Positions 56,644 to 64,000 of a DNA stretch of 64,000 bases are shown one piece after another. The position numbers and the translations under genes are program-made. A model generated the notes under the pieces. That model saw only the letters and a program-made list of their open reading frames with translations. It was not told where the DNA came from and searched no databases. Numbering within the stretch: position 1 is the first letter of the stretch; each line of letters opens with the position of its first letter. The stretch is from contig CACWTN010000007.1 in NCBI GenBank assembly GCA_902763805.1, positions 59,315 through 123,314 of the forward strand, given 5' to 3'. This stretch comes from an uncultured bacterium. Lineage in GTDB: Bacteria; Cyanobacteriota; Vampirovibrionia; Gastranaerophilales; Gastranaerophilaceae.

Positions 56644-57075
56644 ATGCAAAAAATATTTTTAGCAATACTATCCGCATTTATCACCCTTCCCGTTTTTGCA
56701 TTTGAAGACTGTGTTATTATGACTGACGGTAAACTAACGGATATTAAAATTCAGCATAATGATATCGTTGATGTATTTCCTATGGTTACAATAGAAAACA
56801 ATAAAAATACACTTTTTGTTCATCCGCTTAAAGAAGGTCAGACAAAATTCACGGTATTAAAAAACAATAAATCTAAATACTTGTTCAATATTAAAATTGA
56901 CAAAGAAAAAACAGAAATAAATCCGGTTGAAGGGTTTGAGATATTTACGGTAGATTGTCCGCCCGAAGCTTTTGAGTATTTGTTTGATTTGGACACACCG
57001 CCTCAAACAAACAACGATGAAGATGATTTTTTTATAGAACCCGATGAACCGCCTGTTTTGAGAGGAGAAAATTAA
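56644..57075 (+). CDS. Secreted protein with a pilus/secretin-N-like beta domain, inserted between fliQ and fliR
   Basis: Signal peptide 'MQKIFLAILSAFITLPVFAFE'. 'IVDVFPMVTIENNKNTLFVHPLKEGQTKFTVL' resembles the T2SS/T3SS 'pilus formation protein N-terminal' pattern. Acidic, proline-rich tail. Confidence 0.5.
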   Translation: MQKIFLAILSAFITLPVFAFEDCVIMTDGKLTDIKIQHNDIVDVFPMVTIENNKNTLFVHPLKEGQTKFTVLKNNKSKYLFNIKIDKEKTEINPVEGFEIFTVDCPPEAFEYLFDLDTPPQTNNDEDDFFIEPDEPPVLRGEN

Positions 57076-57082
57076 ACCGCAA

Positions 57083-57859
57083 ATGGATCAAGTTGTTTCA
57101 CAAATATCAATAATGTTTCCTGAGTTTGCCCGTTGGTTTTCGGCAGGCTTTATTGTGTTTGCAAGACTTCTTGGGTTTATAAGATTTGCTCCTGTTTTTA
57201 ACAGAAAAGAAATTGCCGGTATGGTAAAACTGGCGCTAGCATTTTTATTAACAATACTGATTACTCCAATGCTTAAACCCGCAGCACCGCCTGCAGATTC
57301 AATGCTTCTTCTGCTTGTATTAAACTTTGCAGCCGGCGCAATTATCGGATATATCGCACAGATTATTATTCTTGCAGTGGAAGCAGGCGGAGATATGATT
57401 AACACCCAAATGGGTTTATCTTCCGCAATGGTAATGGACCCGACTACAAACAGCCAGACATCTATCTTAAGCCGTGTTATCACCCTTCTCGGACTTATAA
57501 TTTTTATGGAAATCGGCGGTTTTTACTGGCTAATCAATGCTCTTATCAGAAGCTTTGAAATCTTCCCGATTTATGCAGTTGCTATCCCTTTAGAAAAAAT
57601 TATAAATATTGATTATCTTATTACAACAACCTCAAATGTTCTTTACATAGGTCTGCAAATAGCGTCACCCGTTCTTTTGGCAACCTTGGGACAGGATATT
57701 ATTCTGGGTGTAATCTCAAAAACAGCACCTCAGGTAAACGTATTCCAATTATCATTCCTGTTTAAACCTGTTTTTGGCGCAGCAATAATGATATGGATTT
57801 TGCCGATGCTTGTTAACGTGATATCAGAGTTCTTCCTGTCATTTTCAAGTATTTATTAA
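57083..57859 (+). CDS. fliR: Flagellar export gate protein FliR
   Basis: 258 aa with 6-7 helices. 'FARLLGFIRFAPVF' and 'AVEAGGDMINTQMGLSSA' are typical FliR/SctT blocks. Confidence 0.85.
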   Translation: MDQVVSQISIMFPEFARWFSAGFIVFARLLGFIRFAPVFNRKEIAGMVKLALAFLLTILITPMLKPAAPPADSMLLLLVLNFAAGAIIGYIAQIIILAVEAGGDMINTQMGLSSAMVMDPTTNSQTSILSRVITLLGLIIFMEIGGFYWLINALIRSFEIFPIYAVAIPLEKIINIDYLITTTSNVLYIGLQIASPVLLATLGQDIILGVISKTAPQVNVFQLSFLFKPVFGAAIMIWILPMLVNVISEFFLSFSSIY

Positions 57860-57860
57860 C

Positions 57861-58361
57861 TTATGCTTTTTCATCAAAAACAGGCTGAATATCGAGCGTT
57901 GAGAGATTTCTTGATGCACGTGCAAACTCTATTGAGCCGGGGGGAGCTGTTATTCCCAGCGAAGCAATAAAACCGACAGAAAGTCCGGTTACAATACCTG
58001 CAACAAGTCCCAATATTTTCTTTGTGACCGATGTTGATTTTCTTAAAAGATACAATGGCATACCTGCGCCGATAACACCGCTTGAAACAACAATACCTCT
58101 GCCTATATTTTTACGTCTTGATATTGCCTCTTCTGAAGAATTCGCTTTTACAAAAGCCTGTATTCTTGGTGCCGTATCCAATATTTGTTTGTACGATGTT
58201 TCAAATGTGTCAACTTCCTCTTTCGGAACAGACAGCTTTCCGGCTTTTTTACCTTCGGAATCTATAACACTATAAAGCACTCTGCCATTTGGTAAATTGC
58301 CGGTACGCAGAATATTTCCATATGAACTTGGTCTAAAGTTTACAGATAAATCACTAACCAT
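57861..58361 (-). CDS. Hypothetical membrane protein
   Basis: 166 aa with two C-terminal hydrophobic helices ('GIVVSSGVIGAGMPLYLL', 'ILGLVAGIVTGLSVGFIASLGI'). Convergent with fliR, separated by 1 nt. Confidence 0.5.
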   Translation of the reverse strand: MVSDLSVNFRPSSYGNILRTGNLPNGRVLYSVIDSEGKKAGKLSVPKEEVDTFETSYKQILDTAPRIQAFVKANSSEEAISRRKNIGRGIVVSSGVIGAGMPLYLLRKSTSVTKKILGLVAGIVTGLSVGFIASLGITAPPGSIEFARASRNLSTLDIQPVFDEKA

Positions 58362-58522
58362 AGAAACACCTTCACTCTAAACTAATTATACGAGTTTTTA
58401 CTCAAAAAATCAAGATTTTATACTGATTATTTTTATAATTTATGGTGTTTTTAGATAAAAATCATACAAATTGAGGATAAAAATTTGCCTTTTGATATAT
58501 TTTGTTGTTTTTGATTTACTTT

Positions 58523-59848
58523 TTATCCGCGCAGCCGCCAATAATATTCGACCAGATAGCTCACTGCATCGAACGGATGTTCAAGGAATTTAGCTTCTCT
58601 TGACGACTTTATCTGAGTATGAGTCGGAACGTCAACAATACTTGTTCCTTCTTTGAAAGAAAGATTATAAATATTGTACAAAATCCATTTACACCTTCTG
58701 GGGTCTATAAATAAATGCCTTTCACCTTTCGTATTCCGAACTCTGGCATTAAAAGCAGATATCCTGCTCATTATCGGCGGATTATAATTCCTCAGGCGGA
58801 ATTTAACATTTTCATACCCATGCCCGATTAATGCATTTTTCATTATCGCATAATTTGTGTACTCGCTCTGCGTGCTTCTGTTGTCGCCTGAAGCGTCGCC
58901 GTTAATTATGATATCCGACCTGTGTTTCGGATACCTTCTTATAAACTCATCTATACACTGCTGAGTTGAAGTATTTTCAATAACAATTTCATCAAAGAAA
59001 TAAACATCATCATTATCTTTATGAGCAACCGCCCAGCACATAGGATCCACGTTAAAGTCACAGCTCAAATATAATGGCAGGTCAGGATTATATTTCAGAT
59101 TTAATTTGTTTTCTTCTGAAAAACCTTTCACAACCAATCCTGACGAATAATCTCCGAACTCTCCCAAAACATTTATTCTGTAATATTCTTCATCAAAACT
59201 TTCCTTCATTGACTGAACAAAATGAGGCGGTAAATATATATTATTGGTAGTTGGAGCAATAATCAGGCGGTAGTTTTCTTTTGAATGCTCAACAAACCTC
59301 TGCCAAATCCACCCTTTATCTCCCTGGGGATTTGTATGCCCAAACAAACGGTATCTGAAATCAACCCAATTTTTCCCCCGATAAGTATTTCTCAATCGTC
59401 CTAACAATTGCTTAAAAGAAGAATCTGAGATTTGAGAAGCCTCCTCTATTTCCGCCCAGTGAAGATTTAGAGATTTAAACTTTTCCGGATCTTCCAGTGA
59501 AGAAAAAAGTATCTCTGAACCGTTTGAAAACTTTATTATTTTATCAATTTTATTATATATATAATCCTTATCCTGAATAAAACCAAAAGAATTCAAATGC
59601 TCCAAATAAGCAACAAGAGTTGTTTTTCTCACAAGTTCATACTCTTTTGCCCCGACTAAACCTTTGCAGCCGGGGTATTTCATCGCAAGCAAAATTCCCA
59701 GAAGCGACCCGCACCAAGTCTTTCCGCTTCCGAAACCGCCCTGATATAATGCAACATCCAATGCGTTCGAATGGGGTATTTCTATAAACTCCTTCTGTTT
59801 GTCCAAAAGTTTATATATCAAAGTTTCCTCCTTATACATAAAAGGCAC
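58523..59848 (-). CDS. terL: Phage terminase large subunit
   Basis: Walker A 'GGFGSGKTWCG' and Walker B-like 'LHWAEIEEAS'. The C-terminal nuclease half carries 'CDFNVDP' and 'HPFDAVSY'. The 441-aa size is typical. Confidence 0.8.
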   Translation of the reverse strand: MPFMYKEETLIYKLLDKQKEFIEIPHSNALDVALYQGGFGSGKTWCGSLLGILLAMKYPGCKGLVGAKEYELVRKTTLVAYLEHLNSFGFIQDKDYIYNKIDKIIKFSNGSEILFSSLEDPEKFKSLNLHWAEIEEASQISDSSFKQLLGRLRNTYRGKNWVDFRYRLFGHTNPQGDKGWIWQRFVEHSKENYRLIIAPTTNNIYLPPHFVQSMKESFDEEYYRINVLGEFGDYSSGLVVKGFSEENKLNLKYNPDLPLYLSCDFNVDPMCWAVAHKDNDDVYFFDEIVIENTSTQQCIDEFIRRYPKHRSDIIINGDASGDNRSTQSEYTNYAIMKNALIGHGYENVKFRLRNYNPPIMSRISAFNARVRNTKGERHLFIDPRRCKWILYNIYNLSFKEGTSIVDVPTHTQIKSSREAKFLEHPFDAVSYLVEYYWRLRG

Positions 59849-59898
59849 TAAGACAATCGGGGATTTTTATTTTCCCGTTTTGCCATAGTGCCAATAAT

Positions 59899-60354
59899 TT
59901 ACCAATTACAACATATTGTCTGAAAACACGCAACAGAGTTTTTCATAAAAAATCTCTTTAGTCTTTTAACTCCGCTTCCTTCAAGAAGTGCATTAAAAAC
60001 ATCAGTAGAAAAACTTCTGTCATTATTTACGTATTCATGATGTTCACACAAAACATCATGCACAAGTGCCGGAACAAGAAACTTATTATCAGTGCTTGCA
60101 CCTATCACACGCCAGAAAAAACGCGGAACAGATGCCCCGTCATAACAGTAACCTTTTGGGATTTTGAACCTGTAATATTTATTCCTTCTGACATCCCTCA
60201 GACACACCTCCAACTCTTGTTTGCAAATAAAAGGGTATTTTTCTATCGACAGTTTTTCCTCATGCGACATAGACGGAACGTAGTACCTGACCGCAACAAA
60301 AGGAAGTCTGCTAAAATATATTCCGGCTTTTTTATTCAAATACCAACAAAACAT
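59899..60354 (-). CDS. DUF1353-domain phage protein
   Basis: 'PKGYCYDGASVPRFFWRVIG' and 'ALVHDVLCE' match DUF1353. GAGGG RBS. Confidence 0.7.
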   Translation of the reverse strand: MFCWYLNKKAGIYFSRLPFVAVRYYVPSMSHEEKLSIEKYPFICKQELEVCLRDVRRNKYYRFKIPKGYCYDGASVPRFFWRVIGASTDNKFLVPALVHDVLCEHHEYVNNDRSFSTDVFNALLEGSGVKRLKRFFMKNSVACFQTICCNW

Positions 60355-60366
60355 AACCTACCCTCA

Positions 60367-62142
60367 CTATTCGGAAGTCCGTTCAATAATCAAATTTCTG
60401 AGATTTTCAATCATTCCGTAAATATCACCAATTGGAAGCCATGCCTTGTTATTTTCTTCATCCAGTGCGTAATATCCCTGTACAAAACCCATGTCATATA
60501 CACATTTAACACGGTCACGGTAAACGGCATTAACAATCTTAGACCCTGTTTTAGACAATGTATAAGGTATTTTTAAGCAACCCTGATAAACCAAATCGCC
60601 TGCAGACCAAGCCTTTAATTTGTTCAAATCGACTTTCATATACTGTGTTGTTTCACCATAAGTAGCTCTGCCAACAAACAACTTCGTAGAATTTAATTTC
60701 AACGATGTAGTAATTGTTCCGCTTGATACCGTACCATTTTGTTTGATTACACTTATTGTATAGGTTTGGTTTCCGTCATATTCTATAACAAAATTTACTG
60801 TTTCTCCGATATTTGGGACAGCCAGATACGTTGGAGAAGTGGTTAGAATAGTTGCAGTTCCGTTATCATCAAAAACTAATTTTGGTGATATTCCACCATC
60901 ATTCATATACACGTTAGCAAAAGAGTTTTCATAGTAACCCACAGGATATGAACCGCTGCTTGTACTTGCAATTTTAGTAAACGGAATTTCAATTTTAAAA
61001 GGTCTGTTTACATCTATACCTATGTCATCAATAGTTATATAACCATAACCTAATGCTTGGTCGAAAACACCATCCGCCGTTATGTTAGCAGAGTTTGAAG
61101 CAGTATAATCATCAGGTTTAATCATATCTATGCCTGTTTTGTTGCCTGAGAATACCACTACTCCGTCAACTGTGATTGAGAATTGTTTGAGGTCAAAAGA
61201 ACCGTTTGTAAAAAAGTATCCATTTGTTCTTTCTACACCCAGTCTGATTGGGGTGTTTGAAACTTTAGTATCAGACAGATACGAACCTTTTAAAACACCA
61301 TTTAATTTTATATAGTAAGCTGTTCCGTTATAACCCATTTCCAATATGTAGTCTGTATTTAATTCTAATTGGGCTATCGGGTTTAAATTCCAAATCCAGG
61401 CAGTACCATCGCCAAAACCGCCACGCAATACACCCCACATGTCAATTATAGCTTGTACGTTTTGAACCGTATCTCCTGATAAAACACCCTGGTCTATAGT
61501 AGAAAACGCAGAACCAGTATTAAATTTTGTTTTAAAACTCCAAGTTTTAGCAGTTGAAAAATTTATAGTGTTAGGCGTAGTTAGATAATTCCCACTACTA
61601 AACCCACTTGCATTTCCATCATCTGTAACCACAGGATAACCGACTACAGAGAACTTAGTTCTGTCAAAGGTGGAATGAGCAAAGCCTTTTACCTGATTAA
61701 CAGCATCTGAATCGGTGGTTTCTTCGCCTGTCATCAGGCATTTTGATTGATTCAGGTGTTCTGTACTTACTCTGTTATCCACAATCGTCTGAACCTGAGT
61801 AATATAATTTTGACCGTTTGTATTTATATTATTTATTGCTGTACGTTGTGCCATCTCAATATTGTTTAGTACATTATTCTTTGAAAGCGTTAATTCAGAT
61901 TTGGAATTATTATACAAATTTGTTAACCCGTCAGATGCCTGCGCGTAAAAAAGTTCCATTGCTGTTTTATAATCTACGATACTGTTTTTCCAATTTCTTG
62001 CATTTTCTTCGCTTTGAGCAGCAAGAGCAGCACTTGCAACTGCAGCATTTCTGCTGTTTTCTATCTCATCAAGCAAAAGAGGCTGTACATCTACATACAA
62101 TCTCATTTCGTCATCTTCCATATACAAATTATTCTGCGTCAT
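60367..62142 (-). CDS. Phage tail fibre / receptor-binding protein (LamG/concanavalin-like central region suspected)
   Basis: 591 aa. The N-terminal 'NAAVASAALAAQSEENARNWKNS' helix is typical of tail-fibre shafts. The rest is beta-rich and Gly/Thr/Asn-rich. Confidence 0.6.
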   Translation of the reverse strand: MTQNNLYMEDDEMRLYVDVQPLLLDEIENSRNAAVASAALAAQSEENARNWKNSIVDYKTAMELFYAQASDGLTNLYNNSKSELTLSKNNVLNNIEMAQRTAINNINTNGQNYITQVQTIVDNRVSTEHLNQSKCLMTGEETTDSDAVNQVKGFAHSTFDRTKFSVVGYPVVTDDGNASGFSSGNYLTTPNTINFSTAKTWSFKTKFNTGSAFSTIDQGVLSGDTVQNVQAIIDMWGVLRGGFGDGTAWIWNLNPIAQLELNTDYILEMGYNGTAYYIKLNGVLKGSYLSDTKVSNTPIRLGVERTNGYFFTNGSFDLKQFSITVDGVVVFSGNKTGIDMIKPDDYTASNSANITADGVFDQALGYGYITIDDIGIDVNRPFKIEIPFTKIASTSSGSYPVGYYENSFANVYMNDGGISPKLVFDDNGTATILTTSPTYLAVPNIGETVNFVIEYDGNQTYTISVIKQNGTVSSGTITTSLKLNSTKLFVGRATYGETTQYMKVDLNKLKAWSAGDLVYQGCLKIPYTLSKTGSKIVNAVYRDRVKCVYDMGFVQGYYALDEENNKAWLPIGDIYGMIENLRNLIIERTSE

Positions 62143-62144
62143 TA

Positions 62145-62516
62145 TTAATCACCCTCAACTTTCTTCGGATACACGGTTATTGTATTAACACTTGCTATAT
62201 CATTAGATGCAATAATAAGCGTATCTTCTCTCTGGGCATTTGAATCACATATCTTCAACCCGTAATAATATATTGCACAAGGCTCATCTTTTTTTACTGT
62301 TAGCAAATCCGTAAAATCACCTGTAAGTTTGAACACTACATAAGAATTATTATTACTGCTTACAGCCAATTCACTTCCTACCGGCTTTCTGTTTTTATCA
62401 CGAATTCCGAAATAAACAGTAAAATTTTTGTTCGGATTTAAGCCTCGTATTGTAATAAATCCGCTGTCCCCCTGTATCATCGATATATTACCGTTTTCAT
62501 CTATTTTAAATGCCAT
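62145..62516 (-). CDS. Phage structural protein (unknown)
   Basis: 123 aa and beta-rich. Lies 2 nt from the fibre gene and overlaps the upstream gene. Confidence 0.45.
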   Translation of the reverse strand: MAFKIDENGNISMIQGDSGFITIRGLNPNKNFTVYFGIRDKNRKPVGSELAVSSNNNSYVVFKLTGDFTDLLTVKKDEPCAIYYYGLKICDSNAQREDTLIIASNDIASVNTITVYPKKVEGD

Positions 62517-63000
62517 TTTCGCCTCCCGGTATTTCCCCTCTGAAATCTTTTACCGTCTGAAATAAACACTCCCTGATAAAATCAGAAGTTGCAAATTTTA
62601 ATTCCTGCAGGGATTCAAGGTATTCTTTGCTCATATCCTCCGTATAATCAGGTGTTTTATACGTTATGATTTCTACCTCCTGTCCCATCTCAATCCCTGC
62701 CTTTACGGCAAGAAGCAAGTCAGCAAGAAAATCTTTAACAGAACCGTCCTGCATTGTAACTTTGCGTTTTATCCAGCCTAATGACGTATAAAAAAAAGCT
62801 TTCTCAAATTGCTCTTTTTTTCTCTGCACCTTTATTTCATCAAGATTTGGCGCCGGTATTATCTGACCGTCATCTATAATATAATCATCAGGATTTTCAG
62901 CAAAAGCCTTCATAGTACATACATTCGTACACAAACAGTCCTTTGCGTATTCATAATCCGCATAATCGTATATTTTGTTATCTTTTATTCTGTAATACAT
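62506..63000 (-). CDS. Phage hypothetical protein
   Basis: 164 aa. Overlaps both neighbours (11 and 16 nt), consistent with a translationally coupled phage module. Confidence 0.45.
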   Translation of the reverse strand: MYYRIKDNKIYDYADYEYAKDCLCTNVCTMKAFAENPDDYIIDDGQIIPAPNLDEIKVQRKKEQFEKAFFYTSLGWIKRKVTMQDGSVKDFLADLLLAVKAGIEMGQEVEIITYKTPDYTEDMSKEYLESLQELKFATSDFIRECLFQTVKDFRGEIPGGENGI

Positions 63001-63509
63001 ACTGATTCTCCTTTCATCGGATAAAAGTAGTACAAACCGCTTTCTTTATTCACAGAAACAACATCGCCTGCACTTACCCTGAAAACGGATGCCGAATATA
63101 ATGTGTACGCATAATAAAAACCACAGTGGCAATGAACGGGTTTTTCGTTTACAAATACATATCTTGCCGTATTCTCACTATCCGATCCTGCATATACATA
63201 CCCGTCTGCTTCTACTGTATAAGGCATTGTAATCGCTATACCTCTGCTGTAATCGGGTGCTGTATTATGCGATTCTATAATACTCTTTATGTCATCAATT
63301 TCCTCTGCCAAATCTCCTATATCCGAAGCCAGAGCTGCTGTCTGTTCGGTAAAAGATGAATTCAGACCCGAGAGGTTTGAATAAATTCCCGATGAGTTTG
63401 AAATAAGGTTGTTTGCAACCGTTGTTATTCTGTTATCCAGATAATCAAAATTATCATTCATTACCGATGATGAGGCCAAAGAGCCGTATTCTATGTGTGT
63501 TAAAGGCAT
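62985..63509 (-). CDS. Phage tail-fibre-like protein
   Basis: The N-terminal 'LASSSVMNDNFDYLDNRI' motif is common at tail-fibre N-termini. It is followed by a coiled segment and a beta-rich C-terminus. Confidence 0.5.
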   Translation of the reverse strand: MPLTHIEYGSLASSSVMNDNFDYLDNRITTVANNLISNSSGIYSNLSGLNSSFTEQTAALASDIGDLAEEIDDIKSIIESHNTAPDYSRGIAITMPYTVEADGYVYAGSDSENTARYVFVNEKPVHCHCGFYYAYTLYSASVFRVSAGDVVSVNKESGLYYFYPMKGESVCITE

Positions 63510-63513
63510 TCTT

Positions 63514-63774
63514 TTATCCCCTTTCCTTTATTAATGTGTCATATATTTTGTCTATTTTTTTGTTTATATCGGCAAGCTGTTCTTTTACAATGCCGAATTC
63601 TGACTTTGTAATATACCCTTTTGATACCTCAGAAAGTATTTCTCTGTGAGTATGCTCCAGCATTTGAGGTGTCACAAACAGGTTATACTGAAAGACTATT
63701 GCAAGTCCCAAAACAAGCGACGGAGCATATCTGTGTAAAAATTCCCTGTCCATACAGAACCCCCTATGAAACAC
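63514..63774 (-). CDS. Small phage membrane/coiled-coil protein (XhlA/holin-accessory-like?)
   Basis: 86 aa with one hydrophobic helix ('APSLVLGLAIVFQYNLFV') followed by a coiled-coil ('EQLADINKKIDKIYDTLIKE'). Confidence 0.35.
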   Translation of the reverse strand: MFHRGFCMDREFLHRYAPSLVLGLAIVFQYNLFVTPQMLEHTHREILSEVSKGYITKSEFGIVKEQLADINKKIDKIYDTLIKERG

Positions 63775-64000
63775 TTTTCATCATCGCCGAAAGAGCCAAT
63801 GAAAGTAAATCTGAGCTTGATTGAGAACCGCCTGAATTAGATGCCGTTTTTGTGGCATTACCGGAACTTGTATTAAGCGACTGCTTCTGCAAATCTGTCA
63901 GAAAACTTGCACCGAGAACATAGTATGACAGCAAATTTGACAACATCTTTGCCGTATCAGACTGAGAATTTGATAATAAATCGTTTACAAAATTTGACGT
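63764..64000 (-). CDS. 3' end of a phage gene truncated by the window edge
   Basis: The reading frame has no stop from 63764 to 64000, so the Met at 63946 need not be the true start. The tail is Ser/Gly-rich. Confidence 0.35.
   Translation of the reverse strand, partial: TSNFVNDLLSNSQSDTAKMLSNLLSYYVLGASFLTDLQKQSLNTSSGNATKTASNSGGSQSSSDLLSLALSAMMKSVS

Larger units (their letters stand above)
58523..64000 (-). mobile_element. Phage-derived segment (tail-fibre module plus large terminase); probable prophage remnant continuing past the window end
   Basis: Eight co-directional, tightly packed or overlapping genes with a phage signature (TerL, DUF1353, tail-fibre-like N-termini). Host flagellar genes begin about 160 bp beyond terL. 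Confidence 0.7.

Noticed and set aside
60037-60576. A 179-aa plus-strand ORF across the DUF1353 gene and the 3' end of the tail-fibre gene. Similar plus-strand ORFs occur at 61818..62243, 62809..63024 and 63126..63359.
   Set aside because: They run antisense to a tightly coupled phage operon, are Cys/Phe/Ile-rich, and carry no start signals.
1-64000. Search for CRISPR arrays, rRNA, tRNA, integrases, transposases and IS inverted repeats.
   Set aside because: I saw no spaced direct-repeat arrays, no tRNA-like GC-rich cloverleaf segments in the intergenic regions, and no recombinase motifs in any ORF. This was a visual scan only; tRNAscan-SE and CRISPR detection tools should confirm it.
58523-64000. 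An intact, inducible prophage.
   Set aside because: The window contains no integrase, portal, capsid, small terminase or lysis enzyme. terL abuts host DNA at the wrong end of the module. I can support only a remnant or partial element from the visible sequence.

Overview
AT-rich chromosomal window from an anaerobic, apparently diderm, flagellated bacterium. The gene content would fit a Melainabacteria/Gastranaerophilales-like or other low-GC lineage, but taxonomy cannot be verified here. I found no rRNA, tRNA or CRISPR.

Layout:
- 0-2.8 kb: radical-SAM-like protein, SLT lytic transglycosylase and PAP2 phosphatase.
- 2.9-7.1 kb: trimeric HydCBA [FeFe]-hydrogenase operon of the NuoE/NuoF/HydA (bifurcating) type.
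- 7.2-11.5 kb (minus strand): prfA - unknown gene - ylxR - infB, with no nusA.
- 11.7-16.9 kb: lineage-specific coiled-coil and membrane proteins, plus an orphan solute-binding lipoprotein.
- 17-38.3 kb: a Wzx/Wzy-dependent surface-polysaccharide locus of about 21 kb. It runs manC, wzz, initiating sugar transferase, gmd, GT26, several GTs, wzy, WbsX-like, FdtA-like isomerase plus DegT aminotransferase, LbH acetyltransferase, FrhB-like Fe-S protein, wzx, tagD, SIS isomerase, HMGL-like aldolase. Its core is visibly more AT-rich than the flanks.
- 38.4-49.6 kb: the most unusual stretch. It holds a 1033-aa DUF4011-like/SF1 helicase fused to a Vsr/DUF559-type endonuclease, followed by a small methyltransferase. 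It also holds a DUF2130 protein (Zn-ribbon, coiled coil, PD-(D/E)xK-like motif) divergently paired with a gamma-class N6-adenine methyltransferase. Housekeeping genes and a second radical-SAM-like paralog are interleaved.
- 49.7-53.7 kb: NfnB/GltD-like oxidoreductase, pilT and an ArsB/NhaD-type permease.
- 53.8-57.9 kb: partial flagellar export/switch cluster (fliM/N-fliO-fliP-fliQ-X-fliR) with an extended FliQ and an inserted secreted-protein gene.
- 58.5-64 kb: phage tail-fibre module ending in a stranded large terminase, read as a prophage remnant.

All functional calls rest on motifs read from the translations. No database search was possible.
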